Source: Callorhinchus milii (Eukaryota). Taken from it: a DNA stretch of 64,000 nt. The notes beneath the pieces were generated by a model that worked only from the letters and a program-made list of their open reading frames with translations, searched no databases and had not been told where the DNA came from. Positions within the stretch are counted from its first letter, which is position 1. Every line of letters starts with the position of its first letter. The stretch is from NCBI RefSeq assembly GCF_018977255.1, contig NW_024704742.1:42596001-42660000 (forward strand), given 5' to 3'. This document shows, piece after piece, positions 12,468 to 26,579 of the stretch. Position numbers and translations under genes: made by a program.

Positions 12468-12771
12468 CAGTATCCATTTCATAGGCATGAGTTGAATGAT
12501 CAATTAATCTGGTGGAATGTTGACCACGACTCTTGGGAAAGATCCAGTATTTAAACAAAATATATATATTTATTTGTTGATATATATTTACGCTTGTCTC
12601 AGACAGTATCATCCCGTTACAGAAAAGAAGACATAACAGGTTATTATCCCGTTACAGGATGCAACAGACCCCTTGTATTGGGGTGAGGTGAGTGGGGATT
12701 GCCTCAGCGCACTCCACTTTGATGAAGGATTTGCCTTGGGGTTCTGACGCCCTTTACAGGGTGCAGTTACA

Positions 12772-13042
12772 AATAATAATAATAATAATCCTTGCATTTG
12801 ATATAGCGCTTTTCACGTCGGGAGGACTTCCCAAAGCGCTTCACAGAACACACTGTAAAGTGAATTGACTGTATATTTGTGGGCGAACGCGGCAGCCAAT
12901 TGCGCACAGCAATGTCCCACAAACAGTCGTAGATTGAAAATGACCAATTTATTATTGTTTTTGTTTTTTGGAGGGATTATTATTAGGCGTGTGGAGTAAG
13001 GAAACTTGCCCAAGGTTTCGCCCTGCCTGGAACTGAACTCAG
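12772..13042 (-). mobile_element. Family A SINE, short subfamily, tail loop TCCTCCCGA
   Basis: Near-identical to 44334-44649 over its length. Confidence 0.9.
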
Positions 13043-14459
13043 ATGGGGTCTTGTACACCCTTTCCTATCCCTCCCCTCTTAGTGGGGAGCGTGGACAGCT
13101 TCACAGCACACAGGTTGCGCACACAATTTTTTGGGACGCTTCCTTTAAGACAGTTCGGGGATCGTCCTTGTGTGCACTACATCCACATGCGCGCCCGCAC
13201 ACACCCTGATAAGGCGCACTTGCCACTTTTGGATGGCGCCCCAATGTGCACCGTAATCACAGGTTTATTAAAATGCTGCTTTTTCTGTAATTTATCAATA
13301 TAGATTTGTAGATATGAATTTTGAAAGCTGAAAAGGTTTTTAGTCCTCAAGAGTTCCTTTTCATTGTCACGCATCTTTATGTTCAACTGACTTCCAGGGT
13401 ACCATAAATCATTTTTCCAACTGTTTGACTAGCAGAGATACTTGACAGGTTTTAAAGCCAGCATTCAGCACTGAGATTCTCGTCAGATATCACTTATGTG
13501 ATAGCACTGCGGCTTTCAAAGGGAAGTACATCTAGATTCTTAACAAAATGTGTTCCTTTAGTCTTACTGTCACTCACTTCTGTCTGAGGTATTCATTGTC
13601 AAGTGATGAATGCTTGTCATTGCTATAAAATATCATAACCAGACTTGTTCTTTTTATATGTCCTGTACTGGTGCATTTACATGCTGAGCCACAGATTTTA
13701 TTTACAATTTACTCTAGTAATTCTTTTCCAATATTTAGTTACCAGTCTCATGTTGGGACATTTTGGGTGAATATTATAGGACACTTTAATGAAAGTTATG
13801 GCAAAAAACTTCAAGCCAAGCCACTCTCTACTTCTATCGACTGCAAATACTGACAAAAGTTCTTTGAATAGTGATTAAATGTAAGTGTGTGTGTTGTGTG
13901 CGGCATTAGCAATTGGCAGGGAGAAGATAACAAATGGGTGAGGGAAAAGAAAAGAGCTTTTTTTATTTTAAGTTGTAGCATACTGAAAGTTTGTTCCCCC
14001 TCTTTCTCCACCTGGCTCGTTGTCACACTCCGCCATGGTCAAGCACTCCGGGTCGATAGATGCAACTTGTTGTTGTTGTTGGTGGTGGAATTACTCAGTT
14101 TATTCTTATATCAATTGTTAAATTGACCAAGGTTTATGATCATAGAAGGTTTGGATGAAGAGGGCCCTTTGGTCTATTGAATAATAATAAAAAATAATAA
14201 TAAATATCCGTGTATTTGATTGAACAACCAACCTTCACGCAGCAATGTCTCATAAATAGTCTAACATTCCCATGGTGCGCCCACATCACTCAGCAGGCTC
14301 TCACTGCTGGTCTCAAAGTCTGCTGCACTACCATGAGGTTCTTAACACACACTTAAACACGAATAAATGGAACCTTATTTTAATGTTTTAACTGAAGGAT
14401 GACACACTTTTCTTTGACAATAACTGCGATCTCCCAGCACTATACTGTAGTACAAATGA

Positions 14460-14820
14460 AAATAAATAATAATCCTTGCACTTGATATAGTGCCTTATCA
14501 CCTCTTCGAGACATCTCAAAGCGCTTCACAGATTATACTGTCGAGTGAATTGACTGTATACTTAGTGGGTGAAACGTGGCAGCCAATTGCGCACAGCATT
14601 GTCCCACAAACAGAATTGGATTGAGTGACCAATTTATTATTATTATTCCCCGGAAAAGCGATCCCCCAAATGACTAACAACCAGGTTCCTAATTAATGCT
14701 AGGTAAACAGAGTCTTATGGAGTAAGGAAACTTGCTCAATGTATTGCCCTGCTTGGAATCAAACCCAGGTGCTCTTGCTTGCAAGGCGAGTGCTCTAACC
14801 ACTAAGCTACAGGACTCCAC
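14460..14820 (-). mobile_element. Family A SINE, long subfamily, full length, nested inside an older split SINE
   Basis: Head ...agctacaggactccac; (TTA)n tail at 14460. Halves of an older SINE lie at 14180-14260 and 14938-15123. Confidence 0.85.
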
Positions 14821-15346
14821 AATTGTAAAGAAGAGGGCAAAATAATTGTAGATGGAACCATGTTATTATGCAGTTGTTGGGATCCAGAAAATTAGAAGGG
14901 AAAGTGAAAAATAACTGTTCACTTAGGGCTTCCGTGTTGTGGATTAAGTAACAGAATTATTATTATTATTTTATTTTAAAACAATGTTTTAAAGGGATCA
15001 GCCATTCGACTAACAACCGGGTTCCTGCTTACTGCTAGGTAAACAGAGGCATGTGGAGTAAGGAAACTTGCCTAACATTTTGCATATGAGGCAAGTGCTC
15101 TTACCACTAAGCTATAGGACTCCAAATGCATTTGTTCTCCATTCTTCAGGAATACCCTTCCTTCTTTCTCATTACAACATCAAGCTGTTTCTCAAATGAT
15201 TCCAGTGTTCTGGCCACTACCAGCCTCCCTGATAATCCAGTTAATTTATCTCTTTTTAAAAACTGCTTCCTGTTTTCTGTTCTAAAATTGCTCTACACAA
15301 CCCTGAATCTGTGCCCTCAGATCGTGCTGCCTTGGTGTATCTGATA

Positions 15347-16090
15347 GTATTTTTCTACATCCCATGCATATATAAGCACGTCATGCAGTGTTGTGCTGAT
15401 CACTAAGAAGCTTGCAGGAAGTTCCTGATTCCTGCCATCCACCTTGTAAGGGCTCAAGTTTATGCTTGTTGGATGTTAAATGGCCAATTAATGACTATCC
15501 TCCTGGGAGGGAGGTGAAATCAGGGTCTATTTGGGGTTGAGCTGGCTCCAAGGTATCGTATTTGCCAACAAATTGTCAACAGAATTGAATCAACCCTGTC
15601 TGGTAATATCAATAGTCTGGTTCATGAGCCAGGCAAGTACGCAGTACACTAGGGGCTGTTGATAAATGACCGATCAGCTTGCCTAATCAGTGGCAACAAC
15701 AACAAATTTACATTTATATACCACCCTTCATTTTGGGAGGATATCCCAAGATTTGGCAGCAGAGCAGTCACTGGGAACAGCAATTCTTCTGATTCAGCTC
15801 CTGTTAACCCTGCAAGCCAAACTCTAACTGGACAAGCATTGGGAAGCTTGCCAAACAGTGCTTTCAATGGCAAACTTTATAGTTTTATTTGGTTAAACTC
15901 CAGCAGAACCCCAACATAAACTCTGAGGTCCCTAAGCCTTTTGTTGTGCCAACCTGCGCCTAGTACTTTCCAGAATTAGGTAAGCAGGGTGCATCCCTTT
16001 GGAGAGTGAAATAGGTAGCATAGGTATGTGGAACCTTCAGTTTGCTTTGGATACTCTTCAGCATGGCGATAGGTTTCTGCATGTGTCCAA
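15347..16090 (-). mobile_element. Copy of the ~860-bp TIR element with an L2 tail inserted at ~15694-15750
   Basis: aagcttgcaggaagttcc, ttaaccctgcaagccaaa, aattaggtaagcaggg and ggatactcttcagcatggcg match the reverse complement of 7290-8151. Confidence 0.8.
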
Positions 16091-16094
16091 AATT

Positions 16095-16480
16095 CTTGCC
16101 TCTGAATCAGAAAATCGTGGGTTCAAGCCCCACGTCAGGACTTTGGACTCACAGTCTAGGCTGACACTTCAATACATTGATGGGGGAGCAATGCATTGTT
16201 GGGAGGTATCATTCTTCAGATGAGGTGTTAAACCATAGTTTGTTTGTTCTGGAGGGTGTTAGAGAAGCCATAACACTATTTGAAAAGAGAAGTTAGTTTC
16301 TCCTGGTGTCCTAGCCAACAATCCCCCAAATAAAATTAGCCATTCACTTCATGGTTGTTTGTGGGACTTTTTTGTGTTCATCTACAATAAAATACGTATT
16401 TTACAACAAATCCTGTAAAATGCTTTGAGATGACCAGCTGATGTGAATCGCGCAATGTCAAGTGCAGGGATTATTATTGT
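16095..16480 (+). mobile_element. SacSINE1-like Deu SINE
   Basis: gcctctgaatcagaaaatcgtgggttcaagcccc head, ctaggctgacac, cagatgaggtgttaaacc and tail. Confidence 0.75.
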
Positions 16481-17255
16481 GTGTATTGGCAATAATACTC
16501 TTAAGCATAGTGATGGGTCATCATTCGCTGTAAAATTTGGAGTACATGTCGATATTGAGGCAATGAATATCAAGCTCCATCCCTGCTCTTGACATGACCT
16601 CAAGGAGGTCATCTCAGGAGTTCAATTCTATCCACAGTACTAAAACACAGTGAGTACAAATTAAACTGGGCTCCACTTCCACATGGTTCATTGGATGTTC
16701 TCAAGCTATCTGTATCATTAGCTCTTTTCCAACAGTACAGCAACAGCTAGATGTGGAGTTCAGAACAATACCAGAACCACAGAATTTGCATTACATTTTA
16801 ATGGTGCTGATGCAATGAAATAAAAATCAGTATTCCCTTCTCCAAAATGATCTTCTTCACTCCCAGCTCTGTAAACTTGAGAGTGCTATAGTGAGAGACT
16901 ACAACTGCACTCTAAAAATCTTCCGCAAATAAGAAAGTCAGAAGATACACACTTTTGGCCAAAATTAATTCTGTGATTTACAACAACAAGAAGATTACAT
17001 TTGTATAGCGCGTTTTTAAGATGGACTCCTGGCCATACTAATGGTTCATATATCTTTTGGTCTGTTTGGTGTAACGCCACTATATGAGGTGAAGTTCAGG
17101 AGTCTCAAGCCAATTCCTATGACAAATCTGACACTAAACAGCAATCTCACTCAGCGAAGTTATGGAAAACCTGGTGAAGAATATGGAACCAATACATCAC
17201 ATTGGTTTAGATTAACATTGCAACATCATGACTTGACCTCTGAGGTTAATATCTA

Positions 17256-18270
17256 CTTTAATATCTACGTGCTCCCCCTTGGTGACATCATCCACAGACA
17301 TGGGGTCAACTTCCATATGTATGCAGATGACACCCAACTCCATCTTTCTGCCTCCACCCTCAACTCCAGGACCACTGCTGTCCTGACAGACTGCCTGTCG
17401 GACATCAAGTCCTGGATGAGGGCAAATTTCCTACAGTTGAATGTGAACAAGACTGAGGCCCTCCTGATTGGCTCGCGCCAGCGCCTCAGCACCTCAGGCT
17501 CTGGCAACATCAACCTCTATGGTTGCACACTACAACTCACCAAGTCAGTCAGGAACCTGGGTGTCTTGTTCGACCCTCAACTGTCTTTCCTTCCCCACAT
17601 TCAAGCCATGACCCACTCTGCCTTCCCTCACCTCCGTAACATCGCCCAACTCCGCCATACCTCACCTCTCAGCCCCCTGAAACTCTTGTTCATGCCTTCA
17701 TCACCTCCAGGCTCGACTATGTAAATGCCCTGCTTGTCGGCCTTCCCAACTCCTCCCTCCACAGGCTGCAGATAATCCAGAACTCTGCAGCCCGTGTCCT
17801 CTCCTGCACCCATCTCCCCCATTCTCGCCCGACTCCATTGGCTCCCTATCCTTCAGAGGATCCAGTTCAAGATCCTGGTCCGCACCTACAAAGCCCTCCA
17901 TGACCTCGCCCCATCCTACCTCTGCAACCTCCTAACCCCCGACCAACCCACCCGTTTCCTCCGTTCAGCCGGCTCCGGCCTGCTCCATGTCCCCCGCCCC
18001 ACCATTGGTGGGAGAGCCTTCAGCCGCTCTGCCCCCAACCTCTGGAATTCCTTCCCCAATCACTCCTCCTCGCCCCCTTCTTAGCCTCCTTCAAGTCCCG
18101 TCTCAAAACCCTCCTCTTCGACCATGCCATCGGCCAACCCCTTCCCCTCCCCTTCCTTCTCCCTCCCTACCCCAGCTCGGGTCTGAAATACTGTACACTG
18201 TCCAGCGCCTTGGGATGTCCTCCCGACGTGAAAGATTCTAAACAAATGTAATCTTGTTGTTGTTGTTGTT
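17256..18270 (+). mobile_element. L2 LINE, 5'-truncated ORF2 (RT C-terminus) and 3' end
   Basis: [26 protein letters not shown] and LHWLPILQRIQFKIL motifs with frameshifts; 3' hairpin and (TTG)n tail. Confidence 0.95.
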
Positions 18271-18424
18271 AATGTTATGATCTTTATTAATTAATAAGCA
18301 ATAGACAATGGAACATAACAACTACAAGTTGCATTTACATAGCACCCCTCACGTAAGGTAGTGTTCCAGAGCCTTAGACATTTTGTGCCTGGTTTGGCAG
18401 AATAGAAAGAACGTTTCTCTGTAT

Positions 18425-18960
18425 CTAAGACTGCAGCCATCAATAGTGATAGTATCAGTGGCTGAGGTGCAGAGGCGCTGGTGGGAGCCAAGCAGGAGGG
18501 CCTCTGTCTTGCCAACAATGAGCTGGAGGAAGTTGGCTCTCGTCCAGGACTTGATGTCAGACAGACAACTTGCCAGGTCATTGTCATTTGTCGTCAGGTC
18601 CTGGAGTCGAGGGTGGAGGCGGTGAGATAGAGTTGGGTGTCATCCGCATACATGTCGTAATTGACCTGATGCCTGCGGATGACATCACCGAGCGGGAGCA
18701 TGTAGATATTGAAGAGGAGGGGACCGAGGGCACAGCCCCGAGGGAAGCTACACGTGACAATGCGGGGGCTAGAGGAGAAGCCGATGGTGGACACAAAGTG
18801 GACACAGACGGTGGGAAAGATAGGATTGGAACCAGGCAAGAACAGAACCATTGAGGTGGAGGAGAGAGGAGAGGCGGTGAAGAACAATAGAGTGATTGAC
18901 GGTATCGAGAGTGGTCGAGAAGGATGAGCAGTGTCTCACAAACAGCCAGCAATGTCCAAT
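18425..18960 (-). mobile_element. L2 LINE RT fragment
   Basis: [20 protein letters not shown] and MYADDTQLY on the minus strand. Confidence 0.9.
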
Positions 18961-21709
18961 GAACAATCAACTACTTTCTGACCAACACTAAAGATACTGA
19001 AGTCTCAAATCATAGCAATTGGGTCACATTTCTGATTTTCAACCACTTTTTGTCTGTAATGTTTCCCAAGAGCACCACCATGTGTCTAATTGTGGTATAG
19101 CAGCTCTGCCACTTGGAAGCAACTTGCAGCAAAACTCCATCAATTATTTCAAATTTCTCTAAATAATTTGCAATCCTTTTCATTGCTGACTTTATTTCGT
19201 CTTTTGTTTCTGAAATACTTGCTGGTTTGCTTAAATCAAAAATACACAGCTACATTCTCTCAGCTTTTCAGTTGGGATTTTGAGTTCACAGTCCAGGCTG
19301 ACATTCCAGTGCATTACTAGAAGAGCAACTGTATTGTTGAAGGTATTATCATTCGGTTGAAATTGGTTGCACTTATACAGTGTCTTTCACTTAGGAAAAT
19401 ATCTCAAAGTAAGTGCTCAAGCTGGGAGGGAGGAATGGGGAAGGCGAAAGAGGCTGAAAGTTTTTAGATGAGTTTTTAAGGCAAAGTTGGAGGGAGCAAG
19501 ATTTGGGACAGTGTTCCAGAGAGTAGAGACAAAGCAGCTAAAAGCTATTTGTCCCCCCAAATAAAGTGATCATTCACTTTGCAATAATAATGAAAATCCT
19601 TTCATTTGGTTATAGCGCCTTTCATGCCACGAGGACATCCCAAAGCACTTGACAGGATATATTGTAAAGTTCAATGACTGTGTGTTTTGTGGACAAAGAC
19701 AGCAGTCCACAACTTCATGGCTGTGGAATATTGTTGCACACAAATTGGCTGCCACAACTACTTACAAAGACAAATTACTGTACTTGAGACCAATTATCTG
19801 TGAAACATTTTGAGATGTTTTGACATTAGGTGATATATTCAAGGCAAGAAATATTTATTTTATAACGTGTGACTACTTCTCATAAGTGCGTTGATGCTGC
19901 TGACTAAAAGTGTCCTGCCAAATACAAAACCTTGTAACACAGTAAACAATGACTGAATCTCTTCACACATCCAAGAAAATAGCATGCAAAGCAATCTGAA
20001 TATTCATCAGAAACCTTTGACAGTTGAGTTTTCAGAGAAACCACTTCTGGGTTTTAGCCCACTGTCAAAACATGGCAGGGAAGATGGGAACAATGATATT
20101 TTAAAGATAGCATCCTTTTTTTCAACCATGACACCCTGTCCGCTTGTCTCAGAAATAAAGCACTTCACTTTCACATCAATTCTCAAAGATTTTACCCCTA
20201 AGTGTCTATCTGTCACTTGATGCAAAATAGATCATTTTATGACATCATCTCCTTCAAAGTCCTCTTTTAACATTTCACACGTTCATTTTCTCTAAACAGG
20301 GATTTTTTTTGTTGGGATAATTGGGATAAACTGATCTAATTTGACATTTCAGACAATCCAAAAATAACAGAGTAATTACACATTCAAATTGAATTATTAT
20401 TCAGTTATTCCAGCCAATCCATTTCAGATGACAAACCATTAACATGTTATATACATCCATTTCCGCAACATTATATACACAATTACTGCGTCAGATCATT
20501 CAGTCTTTTATCTAAAGGAGGTTACAGGATTGTATAGTTTTACCCACAATCATAGTAGCACAATAGCTGGCCCATCAAGCCTGTACTAGTGTTTTTTCTC
20601 CAAATGAGCAATCTGATCTACTCCCAAACCATACACTTTAAGATTAGTAGAATCATACAGTCATAGAAATTTACAGCACAGACGAAGCATTCAGCCCATT
20701 GGGTCTGCACCTGCTTTCAGAGCAAGATGTTCATTCAATTCCACTTAGCCTGCCTTATCTCCATATCTGTTCAAGCCCCTAAACTTCTATACCTATCTAC
20801 TTTGTTTCCCCACAAAATGCACATTCACCCCACTTTACAACAAATCCCATGGTATTTACCTTGGTTCATCCTCCCAAAGCGAAAAGCACTTTACTAAATT
20901 AAGCAGTATTGTTTGTTATTTCCATCTTGAAACCTACAATGAATTCCGTCTCTGCATAGTGAATTGGGTCCACAGTACAGCTGTGTTATAACCAAATCCT
21001 TGCTGTAAAGTAGCACGATATAATAAACCTTGCTGTATTGTTACCCAGGGTAGCACCTCAGCACTCTGGAATGCAACCCTGCATGAGGGGTGCCATATAA
21101 ATGCAAGCTGTTGTTGCTGCCATCACAGTACTCCAAATAATCAAATGACCAACGAAATTCGACGAAAACTTAGTGGCATTAGGCTGGGAAAAGTTGTTTT
21201 TTTTCCCCTCTCTGTCTCTCTTTGCCAAATGTTTGCCCACAAAATATATAGTCACTCCAACTTTGCAGTAAATACTGAGAAGCACTTTGAGACATTCCCA
21301 CCAACATGAAAACAGCTATATCGAATACAAGGATTATTATTATAGCAGGTATATTCTTCTTGCTAATGCTCTTTCTGTCTTATTCTGGAGAGGTACCTAA
21401 GGCAGTACAAGAGCTGAAAAATTTAGAACCCAATGGGATGAGATCCAGGCAAAATGAGATTGACTCTGTCTGATGCCATTGCTTTGCAGAGGAATGATTG
21501 TCAGGCCCCAGGATTAAAGCAACACCATTTTCATCAAAAGTTGTTTGACAAGTCATCTTTCACAATAAATAAAAAAACATAGGTATGTGTGTACAGATTC
21601 ACAGAACTTCTTAACGGGCACATTTTTAGAAAAAATAAAAAAAATAGAAGAAAGAGGGCTAGATTACTCGGCAGTGATGAAAAATAGTGTAATCTATCAA
21701 AGTGTAGAT

Positions 21710-22145
21710 GTATCAGTCTGGCTCAGTTGGTAGCATTCTCGCCTTTGAGTCAGGAGGTTGGGGGTTCAGGTCCCAGGTCAGGACATTGAACTCACAGTTT
21801 AGGCTGATACTCCAGTACGGATCTGGGGAAGCGCTGCATGGTCAGAGGTCCTTCAGATGAGATATGAAACTGAGGTCCTGTTTGCTTATGAAGGTGGACA
21901 TTAAAGATTCCACAGCACTATTCAAAAATGGAAAGGAATTTCTCCCAGTATCCTGGACAACAATCCCACAGATAAAATTGATCATCACTTCATGGTTGTA
22001 GGACATTGCTATGTGCAAATTGGCTGCCACGTTGGCCTGCATTATACAAAGTCGTGACACTTCACAGTAAAACCCTGTGGATCCCTTTGAGGTGTCTTGA
22101 AGACATGATGAAGTGCATATCATAATGCAAAGGTTATTATTATTT
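21710..22145 (+). mobile_element. SacSINE1-like Deu SINE, full length
   Basis: tggctcagttggtagcattctcgcctttgagtcagg head; Deu core gtggacattaaagattccacagcactattc...tgtgcaaattggctgcc; (TTA)n tail. Confidence 0.85.
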
Positions 22146-23154
22146 TTAGCATAGAGAATCATTTTAAATAATGGGAAGGACCAAGAGTACAAGAAGCTTG
22201 CCTTATGACCGTTTGAAAAAAATCATGTCTGCTGCCCTGAGCAGTAACTGTGAGATGGATGGGGGTTTCTGGCAACTGTGAGGTTAAACATCTGTCACCA
22301 GTGGTGTCCATCATTCTATTAGATGGAAATCTGCACATCCATGTTGATTGGTGTGCTCATTGCTTTTCAAGCCTCTGGGTGTACTATTTGTTTGTCATTA
22401 CTGCCTTGAAACCAATAAAAATTACAAAGCTCAACATCAAAGAGATGAGTTCTCACATGGATGTATTCTGACTCCAGGCACTGTTTGCGCTATTCTTAGC
22501 TGAATAAATAGCAATGATCTCATTTACCCTTTCACATCAGGGTATTAAGATTTCAGAATATTGGCAGAATTTGCAAGCATGTGATTCAGCAGGAGTGATG
22601 AAGCAGCTTTGCACAAAGGAAAAATGTTTAAAAAACCATGATGTCAGTATAGGATATATCTCTGAGATGTTAGTCCACACACTGTCTACTCTATCAGTGA
22701 GTCAAGCGTGTCACATCAGAGTCACACAGGGCGAGTGCCATCTTGTTTGTTTCTCGGCCCTTTCTTTGTGGATTTCTGCAAACAAGTGTTTTGCAGCGAA
22801 TAGAAGTGGACGAATAAGTTAAATTGTTTCCTTTCTGGTAAAAAATGATTCATAATGACAGGATAGACCCATTTGCCTGACCTCAATAATTGGAAAAATG
22901 ATCAAATAATTTCTATGATGGAGTCAATCATCAGAAAGAAAACGGAAGAATGCTTATAAAAAAACTAATCTAATATCAAACACAAGCTATTGCAATATAG
23001 ATCTTCTCTGATTAACCTCATAGACTATTTTTTGAGGAGGATATGCCAAATTAACTGTGGGAAGTCATATGTTATAGTGTATCTAGACTTTTAAAAGTTA
23101 TTTGACAAAATATCTCACGAAACATATGAAAAAAAATGTCCCCACTCTCTAGAA

Positions 23155-23372
23155 CTCCATCCAGCAGTTCCTCCACCTCACTCCCTCCCTTGCCACCTTC
23201 AAGACCCATCTCAAGACCCTCCTCTTTGACCATGTTTTCAATCTCCCTGCTTCCCCCACTGCCCTCCATCTTCCCCGACCCCGACCCCCAGCGAGGGTCC
23301 AAAACTCCAGCCCCTTGGGACGTCTTCCCGACGTGAAAGGCGCTTTACAAATGTAATTTTGTTGTTGTTTTT
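23155..23372 (+). mobile_element. L2 3' end
   Basis: ccttcaagacccatctcaagaccctcctctttgacc...cttgggacgtcttcccgacgtgaaaggcgct...(TTG)n. Confidence 0.85.
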
Positions 23373-23409
23373 GAAAGATTCCATCACAAACTGATGTCAC
23401 TGGGTAACA

Positions 23410-24050
23410 AGGGTAAGACATGGACATGGAGTCAAAATTGGTCGCAGGGAAGGAAACAAGTGATTAATGTTAGTGCAGCTAGGTTTTAAACAGGATGCTG
23501 CAGGGGTTAATATTGGGTTTCCTCCTGTTCCTTGTATACATTAATGACTTGGGTTTGCAGAACCAGTGTAAGGTAGATAACAGCAAGTTAGAAGGAATTA
23601 TGGGGTCAAAGAAGCTAGCAAAGGTCTTGCAAGGAGAGTTTGATAGGCCACATGGGCTGACGATTGGCAAATGAAGTCCAATACAGATAAGATAATGCAT
23701 ATAGGAAGTAAGAATAAGAAATACACAAGTCAGTAGGATGGGATAGAACTTGTCAAGGGGGATCAATTGAATTGAGATCCCTAGAAGTCATACTCAAGCT
23801 GTATAATGCACTAGTCAGACTGCCTTAGTATAACAACTGTATACATTTTTGCTCGCTGCAACATAAGGACCCCAATCCCTGGAAGCAGTGAAAAAGAGGG
23901 CAACAAGGATGATCCCCAGTATTAGATGAATGAATTATGAGCAATGGTTATACAAGCTGCAACTCTTCAAGAAGGTTGAGGTCAGATGGACCAAAGAACA
24001 ATCTTCATAGGAACTAGTTGTAAAATGCAACTCAAATGTTCAGGTCTGAT
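23410..24050 (+). mobile_element. Highly decayed CR1 LINE fragment
   Basis: Remnants of the PQGSVLG/YINDL, WQMKFN and RATRMIP coding regions. Confidence 0.6.
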
Positions 24051-24479
24051 TTCAAGCAAAGGCAAACGCAACCAAACCTTGTCCCAATTCTCAATCAATC
24101 TTTTCAAAATATACAGTGCAGATATCCATAACACAACTGCCTAAGTTAGAATGAAATCCCCCTCTTCTTTTGTTTGACACTGTTATCAGAATCAAGTCCC
24201 CTTTTATTCTGTATGTTCCATTGCATAATAAGGTTCAATTTGCAGTATTTCTGAACGGAAATAATTCCTCAATCATAAATCTTACTTGAATTCCCATCAG
24301 TAAGAATCCTGTGAGACACATTTACAGTCACCAGGAATCCCCATTTGTGCCACGTGGATTTGTTAATAAGGAATCTGGGTCATGATCAAGAAACAAAAAT
24401 GTTGGTCGATTTCTGTTGCTTACTGGGCTAGCATTTTCAAGTAAATCTCTTCAGAATTAAGTACAACAAGAGCATGATG

Positions 24480-24780
24480 TAATAATAATAATAATCCTTG
24501 CATTTAATATAGTGCTTTTCACGTCTTCTAGACATCTCAAAGCGCTTCACGGAATATATTGTAAAGTGAATTGACTGTATATTTGTGGGCGAACGCGGCA
24601 GCCAATTGTGCACAGCAATGTCCCACAAACAGCTGTAGATTGAAAATGACCAATTTATTATTGTTTTGTTTTGGAGAGATTATTATTAGGCGTGTAGAGT
24701 AAGGAAACTTGCCCGAGGTTTCGCCCTGCCTGGAATTGAACTCAGGTCTCTCGCTTGCAAAGCGAGTGCTCTAACCACTC
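24480..24780 (-). mobile_element. Family A SINE, short subfamily, tail loop TCTAGAAGA
   Basis: Body near-identical to the 44334 copy but with a different 3' hairpin loop. Confidence 0.9.
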
Positions 24781-26029
24781 CCAATGTAAGTAATTATGAA
24801 GACATTATGCGGTGTGGGAAAAAAGCATAATAAACTCATGGCTACAAATTGAGTGAAAAGTAAAGTGACATCTCATTGTAAATGAAATAGCTGCTTTATT
24901 GATCTCTGTCCCTGTAAATTTGGAAAGAATCGATCTGGATTCTGAAGAAGACTTAATCAAATTTACCTCAAAATAGAAACTCTGCTTTTGAGTCGTTGAG
25001 TTGACATTCCAGTTGTCAGAAAATGAAACATGGAATCCTGCTAGGAAGGGCTACTGCAAATTAGATCCCATTGAACCTGGTATTATTTGAGTTTATTCTG
25101 TCAACCATATTTTCTAGCACTACTGTATTTATACTGTTATTTCCCTCCTCCAACATTTGCTTTGCTTTTTACCATTAGCCCTCTTCTCTTGGAGGTGAGG
25201 ATGTATGTTACGTACAAATTCATAGGTACCATCAACAGTCCTTATGGAGGGTTTGCCAAAGTGCCTTTTCTTCAAGTGTGAATGTTGACAGTGTTGCCTT
25301 ATGCATTATCCATGTGATGGCATCAAAGACAGGCAATCTCGTATTATCATTCATATTCACAAGTGTACTCCCTGTAACTGGCACTCAGGAACAGGCCAAC
25401 TTGTGTCTCTCACTGGGCCAAAGTATCCAATTTTTCTAATTAAGTGCAATGAGAGCTTGCTGTAATGATAACAACATTGTGAAGTGAGAGAATAGGGGAA
25501 GAAACTCTGATAACAAACTGACTAAAAAGAAAAGGACATCTCATCCTATAACAAATGTCTGTTTTATACATTTTCTTACAGCACTGCAGTTGCAAGTTTG
25601 GAACAAGACTTAATTAAATTTGGCTTGAAGAAAAACTGTGCATTCAAGTTGTTGCTTTGACATTTGAGTTGCTAAAAAAATAAGTTACTGGTTGTAGGTT
25701 ACCACAAGATAACACATGCACATGTACAGAGACGCCAGAAATCAGTAGGCATTGCTATTCACAGGGATCTTTGCTGTGCAATAAGAAAATCTGTAACTGA
25801 TTCTGACTATTAGCAGTTAGCAAGTGCAGACATTTACCCACATCTCAACATTTTAGCCGTGAAATAGAAAGTGTGTATTTAAGGAAATTATTCAACACAT
25901 TGTGCTTGCAGGCCTTCCTCAAAGAATATCTGTAAAAGTATTTTTTTGTAAATCCTAAACAGAATTAAGAAGCTCAATGAAGCACATTGTGTATTTATAT
26001 TTTCAGTCTGCTATGACTAAATGGAAACT

Positions 26030-26575
26030 TGTAATTAAACAATGTGAGGCAGCAATAAACAAGACAAATGTATGCTGGATACATTTCCAAATCAGTAGAA
26101 TCTAGCTCCCCAGAAATCATGTTCACGTTATATAGTGCCCTGGTTAGATGTCTGGAGGAGTACTTCTTACCGATCTAATCACCCAGCAAGGGGGTGGGTT
26201 GGGGAGTGTTGCTGATCAGGTCCAAGAGGGAGTGAAGAGGAGAGCAATGAGGCTGGTCCCCAGTGCTAGAAAGATGAGGAATGACAAAAAAAAAACTCTT
26301 CATCCACGAAAAGAGACATCTCAGAGGGAACCTTACAGAACTATACAAGATTTTGATGGGATGGAGAAAGTGAAACTCGGATAATATTTTAAATACATCA
26401 AAGCAGCAGTAGAAGTGGGTACAGGTTCAGGATTGTGGAAGGGTACGTTTAGGACAAACACTAGGAAATACTCTTTACACAGTCAGTAATCAACAGCTGG
26501 AATGGGCTATAAAGAAGAGTGGTAGATGCCAGGACACTGGACTTATTTAAAAAATTCAGTTTGATACTGAAATGG
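26030..26575 (+). mobile_element. Decayed CR1 LINE 3' fragment
   Basis: Remnants such as tatagtgccctggttag, gtccaagaggg...gcaatgaggctggtccc and tttacacagtcagtaatcaacagctggaat. Confidence 0.65.
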
Positions 26576-26579
26576 AACG

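Noticed and set aside
17041..17724. Longest ORF (227 aa) with YADD as a possible host or novel RT gene
   Set aside because: Chance read-through from flanking DNA into a truncated, frameshifted L2 ORF2
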